64,000 nt of DNA from Arenicellales bacterium (GCA_951813075.1 OX638343.1:1335999-1399998); one strand, 5' to 3'. Positions 30,453 to 39,912 are shown, numbered from the stretch's first letter. Numbers and translations: made by a program. Notes: a model not told the origin generated them from the letters alone.

Positions 30453-31772
30453 ATGGACAATAAATCTGGTAAATCCAACTCAATTGTAAATTCAAAGCGA
30501 CGAACTTTGTTGAAAGGAGCGGGGGTTGTGTCAGCAGGCATTGCGTCCGGATTCATGGGCCCCTGGGTCTACAACCGAGTGTATGCCGCGGCTTCGGATA
30601 AACCAATTCTGATCGGTCTGACCTCCGATGCGTCCGGTCAGTACGCGAACTCTGGTGCGTCAGACCGTCGGGGAATGATGATGGCAGTTGCCGAATTCAA
30701 TGCAAAAGGCGGAGTGCTTGGGAGGCGTGTGGAAACCATACATTTCGATACGGAAACCACTCCAGCAACCGGCAGTCGCGTAGCTGAACGTCTCATTACT
30801 CGCCACGAATGTGCGTTTTTGATCGGCGCAGTCAGCTCAGGTGTTGCCAATGCAATTTCGCAAGTCGCGCAGAAATATGGCACTGTGTATCTCAACACCA
30901 ACTCAAGCTCGCCGACAGAATCTGGCAAGAACTGTCATCGAGTAAAGTTCGTGTGGGACGGAAATGGCACCAACTTCGCTCAAGCTGCAGTAAAAAATGC
31001 GATCGATACATATGGCAAGAAATGGTTGTTGATGACCAACGATTATGTCTGGGGTCACAACACTTCTGCAGCCACCCGTAGCTTGGTGGAGATGTTTGGA
31101 GGGGATATTGTTGACGAAATTCTCGTCCCGCAAGGAACTCGAGACTTCTCGGCCATGTTGCTCAAGGTACAGCAGGCTTCTCCGCAAGTCGTTGCTGCTG
31201 CAGTCGGCGGCGATGATCAAAAGGCGATGCGTCAGCAAGTCTCTCAACTGGGACTCGGACAAAACATGGCATGGATCAACAACCAGCAGGATTGGCCCGA
31301 TGTTTACGGTCTGCCGCTGGACAACCTTTTCGGCGTGTTTGGTACGACCTGGTATTGGAAATTGGACCTCCCCGGAGTCGCAGAGTTTGTAGAACGCTAT
31401 CAGGCTATGTATCCAGACACTCGTATGCGCGTTCCTGGAAACGTTTTCTATAACGGCTATATGGCCACTCGCGAGTTGCTTGGTGCGGTTGAACGGGCTG
31501 GTACCACAAATAACGGAAAGGTTATTATGGAACTGGAAAACCTCAAGGTGTCAGCGAGAGACAGAATGCAGCATCATGATGCATATATGAATCCCAATAC
31601 TCATCAGATGCAGCAGACTATTTATCTGGCCACTGCAAATCAAACTGCACAAGTTCCAGACGATATGTTTACCGTTCTCAGCCAGTCAAGCCCCGAAGAT
31701 GTTCGAGATAATGGCGCGGACATGACATGTAGTTTAGAATCTCTTGCAGATACCCCCACATACGAAATGTAG
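30453..31772 (+). CDS. Leu/Ile/Val-binding-protein-type ABC substrate-binding protein with twin-arginine signal
   Basis: The start is at ATG 30453, behind an AGGAG. The signal is SKRRTLLKGAGVVSAGIASG...VYA|AAS. The mature part is a type I periplasmic binding fold (PILIGLTSDASGQYANSG...). Confidence 0.8.
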   Translation: MDNKSGKSNSIVNSKRRTLLKGAGVVSAGIASGFMGPWVYNRVYAAASDKPILIGLTSDASGQYANSGASDRRGMMMAVAEFNAKGGVLGRRVETIHFDTETTPATGSRVAERLITRHECAFLIGAVSSGVANAISQVAQKYGTVYLNTNSSSPTESGKNCHRVKFVWDGNGTNFAQAAVKNAIDTYGKKWLLMTNDYVWGHNTSAATRSLVEMFGGDIVDEILVPQGTRDFSAMLLKVQQASPQVVAAAVGGDDQKAMRQQVSQLGLGQNMAWINNQQDWPDVYGLPLDNLFGVFGTTWYWKLDLPGVAEFVERYQAMYPDTRMRVPGNVFYNGYMATRELLGAVERAGTTNNGKVIMELENLKVSARDRMQHHDAYMNPNTHQMQQTIYLATANQTAQVPDDMFTVLSQSSPEDVRDNGADMTCSLESLADTPTYEM

Positions 31773-31787
31773 TTTCAATCTTTCAGT

Positions 31788-31828
31788 CTGCCGCTGCGAA
31801 TTTGGTGCGTGGCGGCAGTCGTTTTATT
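31788..31828 (+). terminator. intra-operon hairpin plus T-tract after the binding-protein gene
   Basis: CTGCCGCTGCG (31788-31798) pairs with CGTGGCGGCAG (31808-31818): 11 bp including 2 G-U pairs, with a 9-nt loop. It is followed by TCGTTTTATT. Confidence 0.4.
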
Positions 31829-31857
31829 ATGCAGCATCGAATTAGCTTGAGGTTCGT

Positions 31858-32784
31858 ATGACTGTTTCACACATTTTTCCTCATCTTCTTAACGGATTGA
31901 GTCTCGGATTGCTATTTGCTCTGATCGCACTGGGATTCATGCTAATAGTCGGTGTTATGGAACTGATCAATTTAGCGCATGGTTCTTTGTTCGCGCTCGG
32001 TGCCTATTTTGCATTGACTATCATTGATCCGAGTCTTTCCTGGTTCACAGCTGCTGAAGACTCGTACACCGCATTGCCGTTGATATATCGCTACGGATTG
32101 GCATTAATTCTAGCTCCCTTGCTGGTGGCAGTCGTTGGAATGGGACTTGAGTTGTGCATGCGGCGAACCTACGGTAAAAAAGCGGAATATGGGCTGCTGC
32201 TGACGTTCGGCGCCGCACTTGTCATTGAAGAATCGATCCGACTCACCTGGGGTCCCACCGAACGCTATTTGCAGGTTCCCGAATTCATGACCGGTGCCAT
32301 GCTGTTCGCTGGCTTAATCTATTCTAAATACAAACTGTATGCGGTGGTCTTGTCGATCATCACAATTTTTCTGGTCTGGTTGTTTCTGGAAAGATCACCG
32401 TATGGGGCAATTATCAAAGCCGGTGCCCACGACAGCGAGATGGTACGGGCACTTGGAATTAATTTAACCAAGCTTCGATTGCTTGTGTTTGGGTTTGGAG
32501 CGGGATTGGCCGGGTTTGCTGGAATTGTAATGACACCGATTTGGGGATTAAGGCCGCATGTTGGTATTGACGCTGTGATCCCGGCATTTCTGATTATTGT
32601 GGTAGGTGGCATCGGCAGTTTTTGGGGCGCAGTTATTGGAGGAATATTGGTAGGTCTTTCCGTCGGCATCACAGGAGCGTATGCTTCAGATTGGTCATTG
32701 CTCTCAATGTATTTACTTCTAATCATAGTTGTTACATTTCGTACCAGAGGGTTATTCGGCAAAAAAAGCATTCTGGAGAACTGA
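31858..32784 (+). CDS. branched-chain-amino-acid-type ABC permease (LivH-like)
   Basis: 308 aa, polytopic, with LivH-like composition. Confidence 0.85.
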   Translation: MTVSHIFPHLLNGLSLGLLFALIALGFMLIVGVMELINLAHGSLFALGAYFALTIIDPSLSWFTAAEDSYTALPLIYRYGLALILAPLLVAVVGMGLELCMRRTYGKKAEYGLLLTFGAALVIEESIRLTWGPTERYLQVPEFMTGAMLFAGLIYSKYKLYAVVLSIITIFLVWLFLERSPYGAIIKAGAHDSEMVRALGINLTKLRLLVFGFGAGLAGFAGIVMTPIWGLRPHVGIDAVIPAFLIIVVGGIGSFWGAVIGGILVGLSVGITGAYASDWSLLSMYLLLIIVVTFRTRGLFGKKSILEN

Positions 32785-32787
32785 CGA

Positions 32788-33816
32788 ATGATTGTTCGCA
32801 AGATCGCAGCTCAAGACTGGATTACAAAAGAGATGTTGCTGATATTTGTAATTCTGGTTACGCTTCCGCTTTGGATTGAGCAAATCGGTTTGTACCGATA
32901 TCTGGGTGTCGAAATTGTAATTTGGATGATTTATGGACTCGGCTTCAATTTATTGCTTGGTTATTCCGGTTTGCCGAGTTTTGGACATGGTGCATTTTTC
33001 GGAATCGGAGCATATGCCTTCGGACTTTTCCAGCTGTGGTTTTTCGAAAATTTGTGGTTAGCAATTGTTTTCGCGATTTTCGCATCGTTCATTGCAGGTG
33101 CTGCTGTGGCTTGTTTTGTTTCTCATCGACGAGGAATTTATTTTGCGTTGATGACGATTGCATTCGGACAGATTTTCTGGTTCATCGCAATCAAGTGGCA
33201 TTCGGTCACTGGTGGTGAGGACGGGTTGCTGAATATTCCCCGTGCAGCAGCAGATTTCGGCATATTCGCTTTCGATTTGGATTCGAATACAGAGTTGTTC
33301 TATTTCGTATTCATTGTTTTTGTTTGCATCGTTTTGCTGCTGTGGAGACTGGTCCACTCGAAATTCGGAAAAGTGTTGCAGGCCATTCGACAGAACGAAG
33401 AAAGAGCTCGCTTTATTGGATACAACGTTTGGTTGTTCAAATGGGTGGCATTTACGCTATCCGCGGCAATTGCAGGTTTGGCTGGGGTCTTGTTTTCGAT
33501 GGCACAGCAAGGCGCCTACCCTGACGTGATGGCACTTCATGCTTCTGGAATTATTGTCATGATGACCTTGATTGGAGGTGGATTCGTAAGTTTTTGGGGA
33601 CCGGTAATTGGGGTAACAATCTATTTTCTGGCACGTGATGTTCTTGGAATCATCACGGAAGCCTGGCTGCTATGGTTTGGGCTGGTTTTCGTTCTTACAG
33701 TGTTATTCAAGCCGGAAGGAGTAGCCGGAGCCTGGCAGGAATGGCGCAAGTCCAGAACTTCAACAGTTTCGGGATACCAAACCCTGCTGCAATTTCTATC
33801 GACGAAGAAGAGGTGA
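32788..33816 (+). CDS. branched-chain-amino-acid-type ABC permease (LivM-like)
   Basis: 342 aa, polytopic. It starts 4 nt after the LivH-like stop. Confidence 0.85.
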   Translation: MIVRKIAAQDWITKEMLLIFVILVTLPLWIEQIGLYRYLGVEIVIWMIYGLGFNLLLGYSGLPSFGHGAFFGIGAYAFGLFQLWFFENLWLAIVFAIFASFIAGAAVACFVSHRRGIYFALMTIAFGQIFWFIAIKWHSVTGGEDGLLNIPRAAADFGIFAFDLDSNTELFYFVFIVFVCIVLLLWRLVHSKFGKVLQAIRQNEERARFIGYNVWLFKWVAFTLSAAIAGLAGVLFSMAQQGAYPDVMALHASGIIVMMTLIGGGFVSFWGPVIGVTIYFLARDVLGIITEAWLLWFGLVFVLTVLFKPEGVAGAWQEWRKSRTSTVSGYQTLLQFLSTKKR

Positions 33817-33819
33817 CCT

Positions 33820-34566
33820 TTGGCACCAATATTTAAAGCGAGCGAAGTTCATAAACGATTCGGCGATCACGTAGTGCTCGAGAACATCAATCTCCAGTTC
33901 AAATCTGACTGCTTGAGTGGCATCATGGGACCTAATGGCGCTGGCAAAACAACTTGTTTCAATGTTCTGACTGGCAAATATAAACCCGACCGGGGACGGA
34001 TCGAATTTCAAGGAGAGGATATTACCGGATTAGCACCACACGAAATCGCACGGAAAGGAATTTCTCGATCGTTTCAGACCATGAATCTTTTCAATGAATT
34101 CACAGTGCTGGAAAATATTTTGATTGCACTGAAAGAAGTGCGGGAACATGGTTTTGATTTCATGCATTTGCTAGCACGAGAGAGTGAAGTCGCCGCCAAA
34201 GCAGAGAAAATTCTCTCCCTGGTGGGATTGTCAGGAAAAGAATACCATCGGACGTCCGATTTGGCTTACGGCGACCGCCGCAGTCTCGAAATTGGCGTCG
34301 CCTTAGCGGCTGAACCAAGCTTGCTGTTTCTTGATGAACCGACTTCAGGCTTGGGCGCAAAGGCAACGACCCAACTGCTTGACCTCATACATCGCCTAAA
34401 ACAGAAATACACCATTGTAATGATCGAGCACGACATGAATTTTCTTTTCGAACTCGCAGACTCAATATCGGTCATACATTGGGGTCAAGTAATTGCGTAT
34501 GGAACACCTGACACACTTCGCGACAATAAATGGGTAAAGCAATCAATGCTTGGAGAAGGAGCGTGA
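33820..34566 (+). CDS. ABC ATP-binding protein (LivG-like)
   Basis: GIMGPNGAGKTTCFNVLTG, a LivG-type signature LAYGDRRSLEIGVALA, and LLFLDEPTSGL. TTG start. Confidence 0.85.
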   Translation: MAPIFKASEVHKRFGDHVVLENINLQFKSDCLSGIMGPNGAGKTTCFNVLTGKYKPDRGRIEFQGEDITGLAPHEIARKGISRSFQTMNLFNEFTVLENILIALKEVREHGFDFMHLLARESEVAAKAEKILSLVGLSGKEYHRTSDLAYGDRRSLEIGVALAAEPSLLFLDEPTSGLGAKATTQLLDLIHRLKQKYTIVMIEHDMNFLFELADSISVIHWGQVIAYGTPDTLRDNKWVKQSMLGEGA

Positions 34567-35249
34567 TCCTCGAAATTAACAATATCGATACGTTCTATGG
34601 TGATACTCAAGTGTTGTTTGATGTCTCGATGAACGTGGCAGAGGGTGAAACTGTTGCCTTGCTGGGCCAAAACGGGTCAGGGAGAACGACTTTGCTACGC
34701 TCAATTTTGGGGTTGACGCCGCCTCGAACAGGAAAAATTCAGTTCGATGGAATCGACATTACTGCCAAAATGACTCATGAGATTGCGAGAATGGGAATCG
34801 GCTGGGTGCCAGATGATCGCCGAATTTTCCCCACTCTGACTGTGGCTCGCAACTTGTCGATCGCACGCAAATCAACCAAATATCGATCATGGTCTCTTGG
34901 TGAGATTTTTGAAATCTTTTCTGCTATTGAGTATTTGATGGAGCGGGAATGCGAAAATCTGTCCGGCGGTGAAATGCAGATGGTAGCGATTAGTCGAGCG
35001 TTGCTCGGTGCACCTGGATTGGTATTGTTTGATGAGCCGACTCAAGGACTTGCTCCCAAAATCGTGCAGGATGTGATGATGGTCATTTCACGCCTTAGGG
35101 AAGTCGGAATTTCAGCACTGATTGTGGAACAGAATACATCGACGGCGCTTGAGATCTGCGATCGCGGTTATCTGCTGCACCGAGGAAAAATCGTACACCA
35201 AGCCTCGGCTTCGGATCTGCTGAAGGACGAGCGACTATACACTGACTGA
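34563..35249 (+). CDS. ABC ATP-binding protein (LivF-like) with Walker A Lys replaced by Arg
   Basis: Walker A reads GQNGSGRTT, with an AGA codon where Lys is canonical. The signature LSGGEMQMVAISRAL and Walker B LVLFDEPTQGL are intact. The GTG start overlaps the LivG-like stop (GTGA). Confidence 0.82.
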   Translation: MILEINNIDTFYGDTQVLFDVSMNVAEGETVALLGQNGSGRTTLLRSILGLTPPRTGKIQFDGIDITAKMTHEIARMGIGWVPDDRRIFPTLTVARNLSIARKSTKYRSWSLGEIFEIFSAIEYLMERECENLSGGEMQMVAISRALLGAPGLVLFDEPTQGLAPKIVQDVMMVISRLREVGISALIVEQNTSTALEICDRGYLLHRGKIVHQASASDLLKDERLYTD

Positions 35250-35264
35250 TGGTGAATTGATTTC

Positions 35265-35900
35265 ATGACAGAGGCAATACTGGAAGTTCGCAACATTGTG
35301 AAGATTTATAAACGCGGACTGTTCAACCCAAGCGAGACATTCCGACTCGAAGCCAACTTCACAATTCGGGAATCCAATGTTATCGGTGTCATGGGGCCGA
35401 ATGGGTCTGGGAAAACCACGATTTTTGAATTAATTACCGGTTCAAATCAACCTAGTTCGGGTTCGGTAATGATATTGGGCAAAAACATTCATAACGTGAA
35501 ATACTCCGAGCGAGACCAACTCGCAATGCATTATCACCAATCATACCAAGTACGAAGATTCCGCAGAACCAAGCCTTCTTTCCTGCTATCACCTGCCTCA
35601 CGAAAAGCCCCAATTATTCATCTGTTTGATGAGCCACAATTCAATATTCAAGATGGCTATATCGGATTCATGCTTGATTTTTTCCGCAAGTTGAGAGCAC
35701 AAGACAAGCTGATTTTCGTTTGTCTACACCCAAATGAACTCTATCACGTTGAATTGATGCGAGAAATTTGTGAAAAATTCCTGTTTGTCATGAACGGTAA
35801 AATCTATGAATTTCCGAATTTCGATTCGATGCTTCAAATGCATGAATTTCGAGCGTATCTTGGAAAACTGGCTCCAGACAGCACCAGATCAAATGACTAG
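35265..35900 (+). CDS. third, truncated ABC-type nucleotide-binding protein lacking the LSGGQ signature
   Basis: 211 aa with Walker A GPNGSGKTT and Walker B IIHLFDEP. Only 72 residues separate Walker A Lys50 from Walker B Asp122, versus 116 in the adjacent LivF-like protein. No LSGGQ-like motif is present. Confidence 0.6.
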   Translation: MTEAILEVRNIVKIYKRGLFNPSETFRLEANFTIRESNVIGVMGPNGSGKTTIFELITGSNQPSSGSVMILGKNIHNVKYSERDQLAMHYHQSYQVRRFRRTKPSFLLSPASRKAPIIHLFDEPQFNIQDGYIGFMLDFFRKLRAQDKLIFVCLHPNELYHVELMREICEKFLFVMNGKIYEFPNFDSMLQMHEFRAYLGKLAPDSTRSND

Positions 35901-36633
35901 CAGGACCCGACTCTCAGTATTAACCGGTGCTGCGGGTGCGATCGGACTTGCAGTTGCACGTAGATTCGCCGCTGATGGCCATCGCGTAATCATGATCGAC
36001 ATCAATCGCGACAAATTGAGGGAAGACGCATCAGCAATAGGTGAATGCGCGGTCCCGTTCGTGCTCGACATAAGCGACTTCGCGGCTGTAGAACGTGCAT
36101 GCAAGGAAATTTCTGAACAATACGGAGAAGTCGATACGCTGGTAAACAATGCCGGTATTCTATCCAACGCAAAAACCGAAAATGTTTTGCTCGAAGACTG
36201 GAAGCAAATCATGGCAATCAATCTGGACGGTGCATTTTTTCTGACGCGTTTTTTACTTCCCGCGATGCGAAAGCGCAGATGGGGAAGAATCGTAAATGTG
36301 TGCTCGCTCGCTATGAAAACCGGCGGACTGACGGCGGGGACCGCATATTCGACTTCCAAAGGCGCTCTAGGGGCATTGACATTTTCGCTTGCACGAGAGG
36401 TGGCCCGGGACGGAATTACAGTCAATGCAGTGGCTCCCGCCTATGTCAAAACTCCAATGGTCACCGAGCAGCTTACTAATGAGCAACGTCAAAACATTGT
36501 TGATCAAATCCCAGTCGGTCGATTTTGCGAACCTGATGAAGTTGCACATCTAATAGCGTATTTGGCGTCATCACAAGCGGGATTCATTACTGGAGAGATC
36601 GTCGATATCAACGGCGGGCTGCACATGGATTGA
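35893..36633 (+). CDS. classical SDR oxidoreductase (FabG-like)
   Basis: TGAAGAIGLAVARRF, NNAG and YSTSK (YxxxK). ATG 35893 overlaps the upstream stop by 8 nt. Confidence 0.85.
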   Translation: MTSRTRLSVLTGAAGAIGLAVARRFAADGHRVIMIDINRDKLREDASAIGECAVPFVLDISDFAAVERACKEISEQYGEVDTLVNNAGILSNAKTENVLLEDWKQIMAINLDGAFFLTRFLLPAMRKRRWGRIVNVCSLAMKTGGLTAGTAYSTSKGALGALTFSLAREVARDGITVNAVAPAYVKTPMVTEQLTNEQRQNIVDQIPVGRFCEPDEVAHLIAYLASSQAGFITGEIVDINGGLHMD

Positions 36634-36651
36634 GACTACCGAAAATATACG

Positions 36652-37458
36652 ATGAAATCGCGTAATACAGAAAATTTAACCGAGGTTTCTGAACTCTTCG
36701 GTTTAAACGGAAAAACTGTTTTTATACCGGGAGGGTATGGCGGTCTCGGAAGCGCTATCGCATCAGCAGTTGCATCAGCCGGAGCGACTGTAATCATTGC
36801 TGGACGCCATAGGGAAAAGGCTGCAACTTTTGCAGCCAACTTAGTCACAAGACAGTTGAAGGTCGATAGCGTTTTGATGGACGCTAACAGTGTAGAATCA
36901 ATTAATTATGCTGTTGATGAGATTGCTGATCGATTTGGGCGAATCGATATTCTGATCAATTGTATTGGAATCCACAGGGAGCAGTCTTTGCTAGACGTGA
37001 CGGAGGATGTTTACGATGAAGTCTACCGGGCCAACCTGAAAGCTGCAATGTTTTTGGCGCAGGCAACGGCACGTCACCAAATTGCCGCTGGTAGAGGTGG
37101 ACGGCAAGTTCATTTGGCTTCAGTTCGCTCGCAACTCGGGTTAAGGAACCGCGGATATTCTGCATATTGCAGTAGCAAAGGAGGATTGATGATGCTAATC
37201 AAACAGCACTCGCTTGAACTGGCATCAGAGCAAATCACCGTAAATGGTGTTGCGCCGACTTTTGTTTATACCGAGATGATTCGAAATGTGATGGACAATC
37301 CAGAAATCCATGACGAACTGGTCGCAAGAATTCCACTAGGAAGAATCGCCTCTCCCAGCGATGTAATTGGACCAGTTCTGTTCTTCTGTTCGGATGCTTC
37401 AGGATTTGTGACCGGTCAAATTTTATATGTTGATGGCGGAATTACGGCAAGTCAATGA
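36652..37458 (+). CDS. SDR oxidoreductase (gluconate-5-dehydrogenase/KduD-like)
   Basis: GGYGGLGSAIASAVASAG, NCIG and YCSSK (YxxxK). 268 aa. Confidence 0.82.
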   Translation: MKSRNTENLTEVSELFGLNGKTVFIPGGYGGLGSAIASAVASAGATVIIAGRHREKAATFAANLVTRQLKVDSVLMDANSVESINYAVDEIADRFGRIDILINCIGIHREQSLLDVTEDVYDEVYRANLKAAMFLAQATARHQIAAGRGGRQVHLASVRSQLGLRNRGYSAYCSSKGGLMMLIKQHSLELASEQITVNGVAPTFVYTEMIRNVMDNPEIHDELVARIPLGRIASPSDVIGPVLFFCSDASGFVTGQILYVDGGITASQ

Positions 37459-39485
37459 ATGAGACTATCAAAATCGATGAAACAGCGCGTCTTGAACGCA
37501 CGAGTTCAATACGCGCATTAGCCGTGGACGCGGTTCAACTTGCCAACTCCGGTCATCCTGGAATGCCCATGGGAATGGCTGACATTGCAGAGATTTTGTG
37601 GCGAGAATTCCTAAACCACGATCCAAAAGATCCAAACTGGCCAGATCGTGATCGATTTGTCCTGTCGAACGGGCATGGGTCGATGCTGATCTATGCATTG
37701 TTACATTTAACCGGTTACGACCTGCCTCTGGATGAAATCAAATCTTTCAGAAAGCTCGGTTCCAAAACCCCCGGTCATCCGGAATTTGGAATCACACCTG
37801 GTGTGGAAGTGACAACAGGTCCGCTCGCACAAGGCTTTTCAAGCGCTGTGGGAATGGCGCTTGCGGAAAAAAGACTTGCAACTCAATTCAACCGCGATGA
37901 TTGCACGATTGTGAACCATCATACATACGTGTTCCTTGGCGATGGATGCTTGATGGAAGGACTCTCGCATGAAGCGGCTTCTTTCGCAGCTTACCATCAA
38001 CTCGGTAAATTGATTGCCATTTACGACGAGAATAAGATTTCACTTGATGGTGAAATAAGCGGATGGTTTTTGGATAACACTCCCGCTCGATTTCGTGCTT
38101 ACGGCTGGCATGTGGTGGAAAATGTCGATGGACATAACCCCGATCAAATCAGGTCGGCAATTAGAACCGCACAAAAGCAGGACGGGCGACCTTCTCTAAT
38201 TTGTTGCAATACAGTAATTGGCTATGGTTCTCCGAACAAACAGGGTACTGCACAAGTACATGGATCCCCACTTGGGGAAGTTGAAGTTTCTTTTGTTCGA
38301 GAAGCCCTAGACTGGAAACATCCACCATTTGTCATCCCCCAGTCCGTCTACGATTCATTCAGTTGTGTATCTAAAGGTGCAATGGCACATGAAAGATGGA
38401 ACGAGAAGTTAGATTTCTATTGCCAGAAGTATCCGAAACTTGCTGGCGAATTCAAACGTCGCATCGGTGGGGAATTACCAGACAGTTGGAAACAAACTAC
38501 AGATGAATTCATAAGATCAGTCAGTCGCAGCAATATAAATGCAGCGACTAGAGAGTCTTCGCAGATGGTACTCGAATTCTATGGACCAAGACTTCCAGAG
38601 TTGATCGGTGGATCAGCCGATCTGACAAACTCAAATTTGGTGTTTTGGAGCAAATCAAAACCTCTTGACCGCGACAATCCGGATGGAAACTACATCTACT
38701 TCGGGGTTCGAGAATTCGGAATGACGAGCATAGTTAACGGTTTGTCATTGCACGGCGGATTCATTCCCTACGGAGCTACCTTTTTAGTATTTTCTGAATA
38801 TGCACGCAATGCAGTTCGCATGGCGGCAATAATGGGTATACGTTCAATATTTGTTTACACCCATGATTCAATTGGTCTGGGTGAGGATGGTCCTACACAT
38901 CAAGCTGTAGAACAAGCGGCGACATTGCGTTTGATTCCGAATATGTCGGTTTGGCGTCCGTGCGATGCAACTGAAACTGCTGTTGCGTGGAAAGCTGCAA
39001 TTGAGCGTAAAGATGGGCCGACATGTCTGTTGCTAACGCGTCAAACCGTACCTGCGAATGAAATAGCATGTGACCGCCTGCCTTCAATTGAAAAAGGAGG
39101 GTATGTGATTGCGGAAAGCGATGAAGGCATGGATGCAATAATCATCGCAACTGGATCCGAAGTGCAATTGGCAATCAATGCAATGAAGTCGCTTGCAGAA
39201 AAGAACATTCACTGTCGAGTCGTCTCCTTACCGTCAGTGGATGTGTTTGAGTCGCAAAATCAGGAGTATCAGAATTCGGTGATTCCCCCTCATATGAATC
39301 GTCGAGTTATTATTGAAGCTGGAGTTTCTGCGCTGTGGCATAAGTATGCAGGTCCCTCAGGAATAACGCTCGGTGTCGACAGATTTGGTGAATCAGCGCC
39401 ACCAGAAGACGTTTTCAGGCACTTCAACTTAACCGCAGAAGCTGTCGAAAAAGCCGTACTGGATTTGTATTCATGCAGTCAGTAA
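37455..39485 (+). CDS. tkt: transketolase, accessory paralogue
   Basis: 676 aa and full length. It has [21 protein letters not shown] and [15 protein letters not shown]. The start overlaps the SDR stop (ATGA). Confidence 0.92.
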   Translation: MNETIKIDETARLERTSSIRALAVDAVQLANSGHPGMPMGMADIAEILWREFLNHDPKDPNWPDRDRFVLSNGHGSMLIYALLHLTGYDLPLDEIKSFRKLGSKTPGHPEFGITPGVEVTTGPLAQGFSSAVGMALAEKRLATQFNRDDCTIVNHHTYVFLGDGCLMEGLSHEAASFAAYHQLGKLIAIYDENKISLDGEISGWFLDNTPARFRAYGWHVVENVDGHNPDQIRSAIRTAQKQDGRPSLICCNTVIGYGSPNKQGTAQVHGSPLGEVEVSFVREALDWKHPPFVIPQSVYDSFSCVSKGAMAHERWNEKLDFYCQKYPKLAGEFKRRIGGELPDSWKQTTDEFIRSVSRSNINAATRESSQMVLEFYGPRLPELIGGSADLTNSNLVFWSKSKPLDRDNPDGNYIYFGVREFGMTSIVNGLSLHGGFIPYGATFLVFSEYARNAVRMAAIMGIRSIFVYTHDSIGLGEDGPTHQAVEQAATLRLIPNMSVWRPCDATETAVAWKAAIERKDGPTCLLLTRQTVPANEIACDRLPSIEKGGYVIAESDEGMDAIIIATGSEVQLAINAMKSLAEKNIHCRVVSLPSVDVFESQNQEYQNSVIPPHMNRRVIIEAGVSALWHKYAGPSGITLGVDRFGESAPPEDVFRHFNLTAEAVEKAVLDLYSCSQ

Positions 39486-39912
39486 CATTGAATGACGACT
39501 GAAGTGACTTTAAGGAGTTGCCAAGTTCACCGGCAATTTGTTTGTCGGTTTAAAAGCAAAGTTCGGATAAAAATTCGTTTCGGTACTACAACAATTTACG
39601 ACAAGAATCCTGCACCCTGATAGCGTCCGCTGTCAGTGAAACGCTTCTGGAACATCTCAAGCGATTGTGGGAAATGCCTCTGTTCATGTTTCAGTCGCAT
39701 TGTCCTACAAATCGACAAGCGGGTGATTGTCGGCGGCAAGCAGCCAATTAGGAGTTGGCTTTCCAAATGAAGACGATTGAACCGATAGACAAATTCGTAA
39801 TCGCACTCATGAAAGGACCTGCCGCTGAGACTCGCGCGTCTTGGCAGTACTACGTTGGCAGCCCCGTCAGCGCGCTGAACGTGTCGGAACAGATCAGGTC
39901 CATCTATCCACC

